From the NCBI GenBank assembly GCA_951406725.2, contig OX597816.1, positions 70,494,001 through 70,558,000 of the forward strand: DNA of 64,000 bases, given 5' to 3'. Position 1 is the first letter of the stretch, and the number at the start of each line of letters is the position of its first letter. Source of the stretch: Octopus vulgaris. Its lineage: Eukaryota. Below are positions 1-12,968 of the stretch, piece after piece. Position numbers and translations under genes: made by a program. The notes beneath the pieces are model-generated. The model made no database searches, was not told the DNA's origin, and saw nothing but the letters and a program-made list of their open reading frames with translations.

Positions 1-762
1 ATCGTGCTCAGCAAAAATTACAGGATTAATAGTGAAAAATTTTTCCGACGTTACACAAAGAGAAGATAAATAATATTTCATCAGAGTGGTTACATTTGTC
101 TTTTGATAGGAAAACTGGGTAATAAACAGAAGATCGAGAACCGAGAGGAAGAATAAAACAAAAAGTAATTAAAGAGAAGCAAAAAGAACAGTTTTTAAAT
201 TAATCAAACTTAATGGTCTGATCACAAAATTAAGCATCGTTTTATAATTCGACCGAACACTTTGCTATATATAATAGTTTTAAAATGCAAAATCCGTGAC
301 AATCAAAAATTTAAAACAAAGCTAATTTTTTCTTTCTTTTTTTTTTTCACTTTATTGTGAATAAAACTAGGGAAAAAATAAGAACTAAATAACATTTTGC
401 TGATAATTTTCAATCTTTATCGCACATATAGCATCTATAATGTATAGTAGAGAAATACAGAATTGCTTTTAAGGGTTCTGATTGAGCATTTCGCTAGACA
501 GGTTTTAGGATAGTTTTAAAATGGAAATCGATATCAAAGAGGGAAAAGTGGGGGGGGGGAATAAGTATTCTTTTGTATAACTTCATGTATATGAATACGT
601 ATGCAACTATACTCGCTAGTATTTAAGAGTGCATTATAAGAATGTATGCAATTATAAATAAATGAATGGACTGGTTGCTACATTTTAGCAAACCCGACAT
701 GCACTTCCCGCCGATATATTTATGTATCTATATTTAAGGTAGTTTTCAATACATGCTAAAGG

Positions 763-1036
763 TTTTGTTGTTTGTTCCTCTCGTAAGGGCCGGACTCCCG
801 GTTTCCTTGGCGTATAGGGACGGGACGCCTGTCCGTCGCAGGTGAACTGCAAGAGAAAAGAGTGAGAGAAAGCTGTGGCGAAAGAGTCAGCAGAAGTTCG
901 CCATTACCTTCTACCGGAGCCGCGTGGAGCTTAGGTGTTTCGCTCATAAACACACACATCGCCTGGTTTGAGATTCGAACCCGCGATCCCTCGACCGTGA
1001 GTCCGCTGCTCTAACCACTAGGCCATGTGCCTCCAC
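763..1036 (-). mobile_element. tRNA-derived SINE (family A, tail type 1)
   Basis: Minus strand reads GTGGAGGCACATGGCCTAGTGGTTAGAGC...GGGTTCGAATCTC (Pol III A and B boxes). Head and body are shared with 16271-16566 and 50066-50321. Confidence 0.8.
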
Positions 1037-1122
1037 TACTAAAAGTATAGTGCTTTTAAATCGTTTATTCTAGAGATCACACTGCAAATTCGACTTCATG
1101 TTATTTAATACTATGTGTTCAT

Positions 1123-1500
1123 AAGGCGTCGAGCTGGCAGAAACGTTAGCACGCCAGGCGAAATGCGTAGGCGTATTTCGTCTGCCGTTACGTTCTGAGT
1201 TCAAATTCCGCCGAGGTCAACTTTGCCTTTCATCCTTTCGGGGTCGATAAGTTAAGTACCAGTTACGCACTAGGGTCGATGTAATCGACTTAATCTGTTT
1301 GTCCCCTCTGTGTTTGTCTCCTTGTGAGTAGTAAAGAAATATGTATTTAGTCTATTTTTACGTTCTGAGTTCAAAGTCGGCTTTGCCTTTCATCCTTTAG
1401 GGATCGATAAGTTAAGTGACAGTTGTGTACTAGAGTCGATTTAATCAACTGGCCTCTACCCCCAAAAATTTCGGGCCTTGTGCTTAGAGTACAAAAGAAC
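1123..1500 (+). mobile_element. tRNA-derived SINE with Meta-domain-like body (family B), one full unit plus a head-less second unit
   Basis: AAGGCG.CGAGCTGGCAGAAACGTTAGCACG head, GAGTTCAAATTCC B box and GCCTTTCATCCTTTCGGGGTCGATAA..TAAGTACCAG core. Many copies in the window. Confidence 0.8.
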
Positions 1501-1882
1501 ACTAGCGTTCAACTCCCTTTCGTAAGGTTTTTTTTTTTTTTTTACAAAAGCATATCATTCGTTAGAAAATCTATCTGATATAGAATTTTGTCTAAAGATA
1601 CAGTATATATGTACTTGGAATTATTGCAAAATAAGTTTTTATGAGCTTGAAAATTGCTAAAAAGTCATCTTTGAACGATACCATTTTTACCATTAGAAAA
1701 CATTAGATAAATATTTCGTAACATTTTGATTTTAAGATTTTATAGCAATTTGTTTCGTGCTAGACATTAGTGTTGGGGAATGAGATTGGCTTTGTTGTCA
1801 AAGGAAGTCTTCCACCTCATTCTTCTACCTACAGTCTCCGTTTTTTCAATGAGAAACTTCGTATGTATGTGGATGCATACAT

Positions 1883-1885
1883 ATG

Positions 1886-1951
<66 letters not shown>

Positions 1952-1965
1952 CATATATGGATGTG

Positions 1966-2020
<55 letters not shown>

Positions 2021-2043
2021 ATGGATGGATGGATGGATGGATG

Positions 2044-2125
<82 letters not shown>

Positions 2126-2203
2126 GTCTGTGAAAATTACTTGATACACTCTTATTAAATATAACAAAGATTATTTTTAAAATTATATTTACTTTTTTAA
2201 ATG

Positions 2204-2251
<48 letters not shown>

Positions 2252-2271
2252 TGTTGTATTTCGGGCTGGCC

Positions 2272-2320
<49 letters not shown>

Positions 2321-2325
2321 TGATA

Positions 2326-2357
<32 letters not shown>

Positions 2358-2360
2358 AAT
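1883..2360. repeat. Compound microsatellites (TA)n, (GGAT)n, (AAT)n, (GAT)n
   Basis: Directly visible. Confidence 0.95.
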
Positions 2361-2739
2361 AGTAATTAAACACTTATAAAACTGTTTTCAACAGTTTCAT
2401 AATAGTTTCTCTTGCATCACTGGATGCGCACCAGCCTTTTTTTTTTTTTCGGTGGTGGAGTATGTGTGCAGTATTGTGTTTGAGAATTACACACCGAGTT
2501 GTATTTATATTTCATATCAGTTTGGCATTGCTGTTGAGAGAATGTTGGTTTATTGTTTCTGTTGTTATTTTAATGTTTCACACGTTGTGTTAGAATATAC
2601 ACAAGAGCCGCGTGAGCTGTTGGTATTAAAATGTCAGGTACTGGTTATGTTAAAATATGTTATTGAAATTGATACATCTGCACTAATACATACAGCTTTT
2701 TTCTGCAAGACCTGTGACAAATTACTGATTAAAATAGAT

Positions 2740-2805
2740 ATACTCACTTTGCAGAAAAATTGCAATACTAAGGATCTGTAAATATTGTCAGGAAATTCTC
2801 ATAGT
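2740..2805 (+). pseudogene. Relic C-terminus of an R4/Dong-type retrotransposon ORF
   Basis: Allowing two 1-nt insertions it reads LQKIAILGSVNIVRKF, similar to IQKIALLGTAHILRRT at the end of the 7131-8386 element. Confidence 0.35.
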
Positions 2806-2959
2806 CTTTGTTTGCTTTGAACATTTTTTCTGGCCATGAGTAATTTTTCTTTTTTTTTATATTGTTTTGTTTAACAATGATAACAGCATTTTTACATGTT
2901 AACTTAAAAACGTATTCGTAAACTGTAAAATGTCGGTGTTAACATTGAATAGTTCTACG

Positions 2960-3400
2960 CGAAGAAGACGAACAAGAAGATAACAGAGAAGAATGGGGAG
3001 AGGCGATGAAGAAGAATGGGAGGAGGCGGAAGGGTGGGAGGAGAGGATAAGGAGAAGAAGTAGAGGTGGAGGAGATAAAGATAAACAACAATAATACCAA
3101 CGAGATAGAAAAAGAAGTGGATAGAAGAAGAAAAAGAAGAAGGGTGGAGGAGGAGGAGGAGAAGGAGAAGAACAAGAACAAGAAGAAGAAGAACAACAAC
3201 AACAACAACAATATAGAGAAAGAAGTGGATAGAAGAAGAAGAAGAAGAAGAAGAAGAAGAAGAAGAAGAAGAAGAAGAAATGATCAATGAGAAAGAGCAA
3301 GAAGATGAGGAAGCGGACAAGGAGGAAAAAGAAAAGGAGAAACTGAAGAGGTTGAATAAGAATAACAACAAAACCAACAACAAGAACAATGATATTATTG
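2960..3400. repeat. Purine-rich low-complexity tract with (GAA)n/(CAA)n
   Basis: Directly visible. Confidence 0.9.
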
Positions 3401-3825
3401 ATCAACATACCATCTTCGTAATTCTAATTAAACAATAAATAGTAACATCCACCTACTGACGGAGGTGTATTTGAAATGGCGGTGATGCTGTGAATCAATA
3501 ATAAAAGCATTGATGAAATACAGTCAGTTCATACGAAAGATAAGCCTATGTCAATTGGCACTTGTCATTTTAAGTTACTCCTGTATAATGTTAGGAATAT
3601 TTTAACTTTGTCGTTAACTATATGCATAGCATATCTTCGCAACTATTAAATTACAGTGTGGTCGATAAAGAAATGCAAATGTATATGGAATTGACAGCAA
3701 GCATGTAAGAGAAATATGAAGGGAAAATGGAAGACTGAAAAATATAGAGTGAGGGAAATGAAGAAACAATTTAGGGGAAAAAAGAACGAAAACAGAAAGG
3801 GAGAAAAGAAATGAAAACGGTGCAC

Positions 3826-3927
<102 letters not shown>

Positions 3928-3949
3928 TATTACTTTAGTTTGTCAGAAA

Positions 3950-4130
3950 ACAGATGTTATAAAATCTTTAATAGAAATATTGATAAATTTTTACTCTTGT
4001 TGCCAAAATGTTTCTAATCGTGAATTTCATTAATACAAGTCAAACAATAGTAATATCATCACCGAACTCACTTGTAAATGTATGAACCAGTGTAACTGCC
4101 CGCTTAATGGAAACTGTCTTGCTAGTTCTT
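3950..4130 (+). pseudogene. Degenerate Penelope-like fragment (Cys-rich linker)
   Basis: Around 4070-4125 it reads TCKCMNQCNCPLNGNCLA, matching [15 protein letters not shown] in the 46700 element. Confidence 0.5.
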
Positions 4131-5525
4131 TCCAAATAGCTTTCAACAAAAATTCAACAACAGTACGATAACAAATAAATTCAAAACTTCATATTACGTA
4201 CTTACACATTCCTTAGAAAATCAAACAAAACATTTTCAATTCGTCTTTTCAGATATATTTCGAAACTGGAGGAACTTTTGACTGTTCTTTTGATAGAATT
4301 TAGTCTTTTTTTTTCTTTTTTTTTTTTTTTGAGCCAGCTTACAAAAATGGTAACAATAGAAATAAGCAGCCTTTTGCATCTTTGCTTGCTAATCACTGAA
4401 TAAGATCTTGAACTCCAGAAATTATATTCTTTATAATTATTCGCATGCAGCTAAATGTCTACTATGCAATTTTCATAAAACACTTTTTAATGAGAAGTTT
4501 GATAACCACATTCTCATTGTTTCTATTTTTTTTTTACTTTTTTTCGTGTTCTTATCTTTTACCTATTTCGCTTCCCTTTCTGGCTAGTTCGCATACTGTT
4601 TACTATATACGACTTCGCGAATTGAATGGAGAGTTCAAAGTGAGATTTGAAGTTAAACGAGATATACACTGTTTCTTACAATACATTTAATTACTTACTT
4701 TTCTAACTTTCTCGCCTCGGTACATTCATTCGTTAGCATACTAGCATTTAGACATATCTGAGCATGTATGGCGTTTGGTGAAGGTTTGTAGCTTAAAATA
4801 CGCGCAATTAATGGGAAGAAATTTTGTTGTTCCATAATAATAGCAAATATTTCATTTATATTTAAATTGGTTTATCTCATTTTCGCATATGCATCCAAAC
4901 GTTTGTGTTTGTTTTCCTGTTGTTCCGATTATTCTAATTAACACGTTTGCATTCTTTAGATTTCCTTCGGAGATAAGAGACGTGAAATTCAGAGTCACGT
5001 AATTCAAAGTTTCAGAGAAACGGCCAGACAGACAGACAGAAACAGATACAAACAAACAGACAGACAGAGCAAGAACATCGTTCTAATCATGAGCTGCATT
5101 TATGACAGCCTCTTAAATAAAGCATTCACCATCAAATGGATATTAATTTTTGGTTGAGGAGGGCTTCCCAATGAGAAACAAAACCAAACTACATTTCTCA
5201 AATATGCGGACAGCGAACTAGTGCGGGTCTTGAAGAGGCACAACTATTGACACATCCATGCCAATATAGTTTACGCCAAACTGGCAATGCTACCTCAATC
5301 TTTCTTTTTGTATTATCACACCTGGGATTTCTGGAAATTATTCATAGATTCTAGACTGAAATCTTTTCAAATACGCAACTTAATTAATTTTACCAACTCC
5401 TAGACCACTTCATTCTTATTTTCCGTTAACCCTCTGTAGACTGTCAATACTGACGTACGCTCGACAACTTTACTCGAATGCTGTGAAACACTTGTGTGCT
5501 TCTGAGCACCTATAAGTTCATATGC

Positions 5526-6041
5526 GCGAAATGCTTTATGGTATATCGTCTGTTTTTACCTTAAGGCGGCGAGCTGGCAGAACCGTTAGCACGCCGGGCG
5601 AAACGCGTAGCCGTATTTCGTCTGCCGTTACGTTCGGAGTTCAAATTCCGCCGAGGTCGACTTTGCCTTTCATCCTTTCGGGGTCGATAAATTAAGTACC
5701 AGTTACGCACTTAATCGACTTAATCCGTTTGTCTGACCTTGTTTGTCCTCTGTGTGTTTAGCCCCTTGTGAGTAGTAAAGAAATAAGTATATCGTCTGTT
5801 TTTACCTTAAGGCGGCGAGCTGACAGAACCGTTAGCACGCCGGGCGAAATGCGTAGCCGTATTTCGTCTGCCGTTACGTTCGGAGTTCAAATTCCGCCGA
5901 GGTCGACTTTGCCGTTCATCCTTTCGGGGTCGATAAATAAAGTACCAGTTACACACTGGGGTCGTTATAATCGACTTAATCCGTTTGTCTGACCTTGTTT
6001 GTCCCCACTATGTTTAGTGCATTGTGGGTAGTAAAGAAACA
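5526..6041 (+). mobile_element. Tandem dimer of family B SINE inserted as one unit
   Basis: Two near-identical units starting at about 5562 and 5809, flanked by the 15-bp direct repeat TATAAGTTCATATGC (5511-5525, 6042-6056). Confidence 0.85.
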
Positions 6042-7062
6042 TATAAGTTCATATGCAACGCATGAGGAGCAACAGGTGATTCGCTTCCTTCTCCGTTTTT
6101 AGGAGACAAAGGTTATGATTCTAAAACTCTTTCCAGATCTGATGTAGCAAATTTATAATCGTAAATCAGAGATTCTCAAATCCTTCCATCCAGATGGTAG
6201 AGAAACCCTTATTTTTTCACTGAGAAACAGAAATAAGTCACCGATTCTATTGCCCCGGCCAAAAATAATTTTTCAGAGAAAGAAGTGTGGTTCTTTGTCG
6301 CGTACCTCGTTCATTTCTCCTCCTTCCTATGCGATCTTCGATAGGTCCATATCTAGTCAATCCCTACAAGCGCTACTGCTGTTACAACTCCATTGGTCTT
6401 GTTTACGTTGTAACTAATCACTGTTCCTGATGTAGCTGCTCTTTCTCCATGTTGCTTTGCACGCGTGTTTAGCAGCGAAGGTGCAGCTGATAATGGTATC
6501 GCTGTTGCCAGCGTCAACGACGTTGGGGTTTCTGTCCCATGCTGTCGCTGTCGCCAGCATCCTTGATATTGGTGTAGCCGATGATAGTGATGGGAGAGGT
6601 TAGTGTGGGGTATTTCTGAGCGATTTTCGAGCTGTTACTTTAACGTCCCACACTCTTTACACCACCTCTGCTTATTGAGCTGCAACAACAATGGGCGTCG
6701 TTTTTTCCCTATTTTTTTTTTATTTCAGAACACAGCATGATACTAGAAAGTAATTGTACAGCCTTAAAGGGACCAAACATGACAACTAACCAGCTTTCTC
6801 CACAACTGGTCAGATCATGAAAGGAATAGAAAATAGTCAAGAAAATAATTTACAGTTATACACAACAGATTTTCTTCACCATTTCCGTGGCTTCTATCGT
6901 CCAAAGGTAGAGATTATAAAGAAATATAGAAAAATTCAAGAGAAATTCAAAACCATATTTTTTGTTAAAAAGAAGACGTGAATAGATTTAAAAGTCATGA
7001 TCAAAGCGTAATAATTATTGACCTGATGAGTAGGAGTTCCGTGATAGTGAAGGTGGGTTTAT

Positions 7063-7130
<68 letters not shown>

Positions 7131-7131
<1 letters not shown>

Positions 7132-8480
7132 TACTAAACACAGAGCTCAATGCTAAAAACAAGATAATAGGTATCAACACTTTAGCTGTCCCAGTTATAA
7201 GTTACAGCTACAATATTCTTAACTGGACACGAAATGAACTGACCAAAATAGATAGGAAAACAAGAAAAATAATGACAGGATCTAGGATGCATCACCCAAA
7301 ATCTGACATAGAAAGACTATATATACAACGTATAGAAGGTGGTAGAGGAGTTATACAGCTGGAAAACTACTATAAAAAAACCACCATAGGTCTGCAAAAA
7401 TATCTACTTCAGAAGGAAGGAAAACTGATCCAGATAGCGGCAAAACACGAGCAAAACAAAAAACTGTTCTCAGTATTTAAGGAAGCTGACAAATACAAAC
7501 AAGAAATCATACCACCTAATAAACATGAAGAAGAAGAAGAAGATGAAGAAACAACAAAAGCTATAAAACAAATGAAATCCAAACTAAAAATAGAACAGCA
7601 ACGAACCATGATAAAACGATGGCAAGAAAAGCCCCTTCATGGTAAATACTGCACTAAACTAAACGCAAAAGAAATAGACAAAGAAAAATCCCAGCAATGG
7701 TTGAGAAGCTCAGGACTCAAAGCAGAAACAGAGGGATTTTTAATTGCAGCACAAGACCAAAGCCTCCCCACCAGAAATTACCAAAAACATGTAATGAAAA
7801 GAAATATTACAAGTAACTGCAGAATATGTGGAGATGGACAAGAAACAATAAATCATATTATCTCTAGCTGCCCAGTCCTGGCTAAGAAGGAATATATTCA
7901 CAGACATGACAGAGTTGGAACCTACATACATTGGAAGCTATGCCAACATTATGGAATAACAACAGAAAAAAGATGGTATAGGCACACACCAGAAAAGGTC
8001 ACAGAAAACGAGAAAGCAACCGTACTCTGGGATATGCCGATACACACAGATAGAGAAATTAAGGCCAACAGACCAGATATAGTTGTCAGAGATCATGAAG
8101 AAAAAAATGCTTTCTAATTGATGTATCAATACCGGCTGATGACAACGTGTCTCTAAAAGAAATGGAGAAACTCTCAAAATACAAAGACCTGGAAATAGAG
8201 GTAACTAGAATGTGGAATCTGAAAACAGAAACAATTCCTATCATAGTAGGTGCATTAGGCATGATAAAAAAATATTCAGACAAATACATAACAAAAACAC
8301 CAGGACTTACAAACACATATAACATACAGAAAATTGCACTACTAGGCACTGCACACATCCTACGCAGAACACTTTCCATACAATAACCATCAGAGCATCA
8401 CAACAAATCACAGCGCATACCCAAGGCACACAGAGCTGTGCTCGGTAGTGAAGTGAAAGCACGTTATAAAAATAAAACTA

Positions 8481-8484
<4 letters not shown>
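7131..8484 (+). mobile_element. 5'-truncated R4/Dong-clade non-LTR retrotransposon (RT thumb, CCHC knuckle, restriction-like endonuclease) inserted in (AAT)n
   Basis: Motifs INTLAVPVISY, ETEGFLIAAQDQ, CRICGDGQETINHIISSC, RHD, RPDIVV, KLSKY, PIIVGALG. One frameshift at the A7 run 8101-8107; stop at 8386. (AAT)n on both sides (7065-7130, 8485-8547). Confidence 0.92.
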
Positions 8485-8547
<63 letters not shown>

Positions 8548-8629
8548 GGAGAAAGTGGAGGAGGGTCGTGTTGATCGAAATGGTAGCGCTTGTGCTGTAA
8601 AATCATGCTGATGCACATGGCGGTGGATA

Positions 8630-8908
8630 GAGTTTACGATGATGACTGTGATGACGATGATGATGATGATGATGACGATGACGATGACGATGACGAAGAA
8701 GACGAAGAAGAAGAAGAAGAAGAAGAAGAAAAAGAAGAAGAAAAAGAAGAAGAAGAAGAAGAAGAAGAAGAAAATGATGATGATGATGATGATGACGACG
8801 ACGACGATCATGATCATGATCGTGACGATGATGATGACGACGACGACGACGACGAAGAAGAAGAAGAACAACAACAACAACAACAACAACAATAACAACA
8901 ACAACAAT

Positions 8909-8939
<31 letters not shown>

Positions 8940-9312
8940 GCAGCTGCTGCAATAAGACAACGATGGCACTGCTGCTACTGCTGCTGCTGCAAATGATGAT
9001 GATGATGACGAAGACGATAATGACGGTGACGATGATGACGAAGATGATGATGGTGATGGTGATGGTGGTACTGCTGACGATGGGGAAGATGATGATGGTA
9101 ATGATGATGATGATGATGGGGGATATGTTGTGATAATGAAGATGAAGATGAAGATGAAGTGCAAGCAGAATAGGAGTTATAATAGAGATAACGAGAAAAA
9201 ATGAGGAGGATGAAAGAAGAAGAAGAAGAAGAAGAAGAAGAAGAAGAAGAAGAAGAAGAAGAAGAAGAAGAAGAAGAAGAAGAAGAAGAAGAAGAAGAAG
9301 AAGAAGAAGAAG
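8630..9312. repeat. Compound trinucleotide array (GAT/GAC/GAA/CAA/CTG)n
   Basis: Directly visible; explains the poly-D/E/K/N/L/S ORFs. Confidence 0.9.
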
Positions 9313-10133
9313 GCCATAAATGGGAAGATGCACTGGTTGACACTGAAAGCTGGTCAAAATGGCAGCCAGGTTTATGAATCAATAATGAATTAATTTTCAT
9401 AAAACACTGTGGAAATACGATCTGATTAGATTAGAAACCAGAGCTAACACATACACACACACACACACACGCACACACACACACACATACACACACACAC
9501 ATACATACACACACATATACTCGTATGTACGCTCATTCACCACATGCACAGACGCACGCACACACACATGTATGCACAAACACAAGCACACTCGACGCAT
9601 GAGCATAGACAGACACATACACATGCACTCATGCACACACACACATACATACACACACATACACACACATACAGTTGTACACGAGTACACAAATGCGTAT
9701 AAAGATTTTAAAAAATAATAGATGGCTCTCCGTCGATTTCGAGTATGAGTATTTAGTTGTGCGATCAATTGAATTACCTACTCATTGAATTAAGTATGAC
9801 TGGCTGAGTATTCCGCAGGCACATATATCCTTAACAGGCAGACCCAGCACGACACAGACTGTAACATTGATGGACCTTTGACTTACAAGTACAATCCACC
9901 CGTCCTACTTTTCCATGGTACCCCTCTACCCAACGTCCGTCAAGCCAGTTTCACTCACATTGTATAGAGAATTGTAACTTGCACTTGTCTAAAATGTCAT
10001 GCAGTGGGATCGAAACTTGAACGCGTGGATGAGAAACGATTTTTTAAAGTATTTTGATGATGCATACATTTTCAAATAAATATGTGAATGTAAGCATAGA
10101 TATACATATAAACACACACTCACACACACACAC

Positions 10134-10202
<69 letters not shown>

Positions 10203-10509
10203 TAAAAATATATATATAAATATATACATATACACAGTAATTTTCATTTTCGCCGAAACGCACATGGTGCAAAAATAACTGAATCAAGTTATCTCCTGCA
10301 AGAAAGAAAAAAGAAGCATCTCTCCTGAAAAAAATCCCGTAAACCAAAAAAAATAATCCAGACCACATTGTTGGATTAAGTATCAATTTCATCTATTTCA
10401 TATTTTATTTATTATTCTATTTTATCTTTCACTTAGGCCCACATCTTAGTTAAAGTTGCGATCGTCATTTTGTTTGTTTACATTTTCAATATCTGTTCTC
10501 GATATAATA

Positions 10510-11997
10510 ATTTTCCAGATACTCTATCTTCTAATTAGCCTTAAGATTAAATTAAATAACGTTTAATATTGATACCGTCAAATTAGCCTTAGGATTAAAT
10601 TAAATAACGTTTAATATTGTTTAATATTGTTAATAATTATTGTTAATTAGCCTTAGGATTAAATTAAATAACGTTTAATATTGTTTTAATATTGTTAATA
10701 ATTATTGTTAATTAGCCTTAAGATTAAATTAAATAACGTTTAATATTGTTTAATATTGTTAATAATTATTGTTAATTAGCCTTAGGATTAAATTAAATAA
10801 CGTTTAATATTGTTTAATATTGTTAATAATTATTGTTAATTAGCCTTAAGATTAAATTAAATAACGTTTAATATTGTTTTAATATTGTTAATAATTTTTC
10901 AGATACTCTATCTTCTAATTAGCCTTAAGATTAAATTAAATAACGTTTAATATTAATAACGTCTAATTAGCCTTAGGATTAAATTAAATAACGTTTAATA
11001 TTGTTTAATATTGTTAATAATTATTGTTAATTAGCCTTAGGATTAAATTAAATAACGTTTAATATTGTTTAATATTGTTAATAATTACTGTTAATTAGCC
11101 TTAAGATTAAATTAAATAACGTTTAATATTGTTTAATATTGTTAATAATTATTGTTAATTAGCCTTAGGATTAAATTAAATAACGTTTAATATTGTTTAA
11201 TATTGTTAATAATTATTGTTAATTAGCCTTAAGATTAAATTAAATAACGTTTAATATTGTTTTAATATTGTTAATAATTCTTCAGATACTCTATCTTCTA
11301 ATTAGCCTTAAGATTAAATTAAATAACGTTTAATATTACCCACACTCTAATATAATATTAACATTGCTAATATATTTTCAGATACTCTATCTCCTAATTA
11401 GCCTTAAGATTAAATAACGTTTTTACCCACACTCTAATATAATATTAATATTGCTAATATATTTTCAGATACTCTATCTTCAAATTAGCCTTAAGATTAA
11501 ATTAAATAACGTTTAATATTAATAACGTCTAATTAGCCTTAAGATTAAATTAAATAACGGTTAATATTGCTTAATATTGTATATATAATTTTTCAGATAC
11601 TCTGTCTTCTAATTAGCCTTAAGATTAAATTAAATAACGTTTAATATTACCCACACTCTAATATAATATTAATATTGCTAATATATTTTCAGATACTCTA
11701 TCTCCAAATTAGCCTTAAGATTAAATAACTTTTTTTTTTTTTACCCACACTCTAATATAATATTAATATTGCTAATATATTTTCAGATACTCTATCTCCT
11801 AATTAGCCTTAAGATTAAACAACGTTTTTATCCACACTCTAATATAATATTAATATTGCTAATACATTTTCAGATACTCTATCCCCTAATTAGCCTTAAG
11901 ATTAAATAACGTTTTTACCCAAATAACGTTTTTACACAAACTTTAATATTGTTAATATTTCTTTTTCAAGTACTCTATCTTCTAATTAGCCTTAATA
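10510..11997 (+). repeat. AT-rich tandem array with higher-order structure, 21 copies of an AATTAGCCTTA-anchored core
   Basis: Core AATTAGCCTTA(A/G)GATTAAATTAAATAACGTTT starts at 10533, 10581, 10645, 10710, 10774, 10838, 10917, 10965, 11029, 11093, 11157, 11221, 11300, 11396, 11483, 11531, 11611, 11707, 11801, 11888 and 11984. Confidence 0.95.
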
Positions 11998-12056
11998 TCT
12001 TCCTGTCTTCTCTCGAACATAATTAGATAGATAAACGGATAGACGGATTATCCAGC

Positions 12057-12968
12057 ATGTCCAGAGCATGGAGACCTGACGAGCTGGATTTATTCGTACA
12101 AGCATGGGAGTGCGCCGGCGGAGATAGCCCTAGCGAGGTGATTGCGGCTGCGCTGAAGAGCAGAGGCTACAAGAGGACAGCGGCTCAGATGGAGCGAAAG
12201 AGACGGGAATTCGTGCGCTCATATGCGCTTGTACGGTCGCACATTGGCGCACTTGATGCCATCTTTGAGAACGAGCGGGGCAAAGATGGCAAGAATGGAG
12301 ACGATGAAAGAAGTCACCCCCACCTGGTGGACGCCCGGGAGGAGGTTTTGAATGAGAAACCTGCCCGGGAAGTGAACCCAGGTGCAAGTTCTCCAACCGG
12401 CAGCAAGGGCCATGGAGACGGAGAACCCGGTGAAGAGGTAGAGGGAGGAAGAAGAACTAAAAGAAGGACTGGAAGAGCTAAAGGAAAAGAAAAAGCTCAA
12501 GCAGGACCAAAGAGTGAAACAACCAGGAATAGAAGTGGAACCGCAAAGGATGGAACCAAACAGCGCACACGGGTGTGTATGATCTACCTGAGAGGTTCCT
12601 GCTGGCATGGAAAGGAAGGTGCAGGCTGCCGCTTTGCACATCGGGGACCCTGCCACAGAGACACGAGGCAGATGGACAAACCATCAACACAAAGAAAAGG
12701 GATGGACCACGCACCACCTGCCCCAAAGTGGAGGTACGCAGATGCTGTGCGCGCCACAAACAGCCAACATGATGTTGTCGAAAGAGCAGCTGCTGAGCAA
12801 CAATCTTTTTTGTGCATGGCACAAAAGATTGTACAGCAGCTGACCTGGCTTCATCAAACCCAAGCCCGCAGGTGGGACTACCCACTATATACCAGACCAC
12901 CACAGCAAACAGACACAGGATGGACACCGCCGGCAACAACGTACACCTCACCTCGATACTCCTACTGA
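12057..12968 (+). CDS. LINE ORF1 protein: N-terminal Myb/SANT (trihelix)-like domain, basic linker, CCCH zinc finger
   Basis: 303 aa from ATG. WRPDELDLFVQAW...IAAALKSRGYKRTAAQMERKRREFVRSY resembles trihelix/Myb-like domains; CMIYLRGSCWHGKEGAGCRFAH is C-x7-C-x8-C-x3-H. Confidence 0.8.
   Translation: MSRAWRPDELDLFVQAWECAGGDSPSEVIAAALKSRGYKRTAAQMERKRREFVRSYALVRSHIGALDAIFENERGKDGKNGDDERSHPHLVDAREEVLNEKPAREVNPGASSPTGSKGHGDGEPGEEVEGGRRTKRRTGRAKGKEKAQAGPKSETTRNRSGTAKDGTKQRTRVCMIYLRGSCWHGKEGAGCRFAHRGPCHRDTRQMDKPSTQRKGMDHAPPAPKWRYADAVRATNSQHDVVERAAAEQQSFLCMAQKIVQQLTWLHQTQARRWDYPLYTRPPQQTDTGWTPPATTYTSPRYSY

Noticed and set aside
5445-5500. Hammerhead-like CTGACGT...GAAACACTTGTG (also 3456-3530, 54984-55020, 60284-60300)
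   Set aside because: Several core mismatches or missing helices; not distinguishable from chance by eye.
7020-7060. CTGATGA as a hammerhead core
   Set aside because: No downstream GAAA/UH before the (AAT)n; at best truncated.
6978-7130. N-terminus of the 379-aa ORF
   Set aside because: Read-through of flank and (AAT)n; retrotransposon homology starts at about 7131.
8464-9400. Acidic, poly-Q, poly-L and poly-S ORFs
   Set aside because: Compound trinucleotide repeats with stops and no splice or domain evidence.
10510-11997. CRISPR-like array (constant core, variable spacers)
   Set aside because: The spacers are themselves repeated modules, the context is eukaryotic and no cas genes are present.
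12812-12919. GTG start for ORF2
   Set aside because: Alternative-start artefact of the ORF track; the first ATG is at 12920, just before the APE domain.
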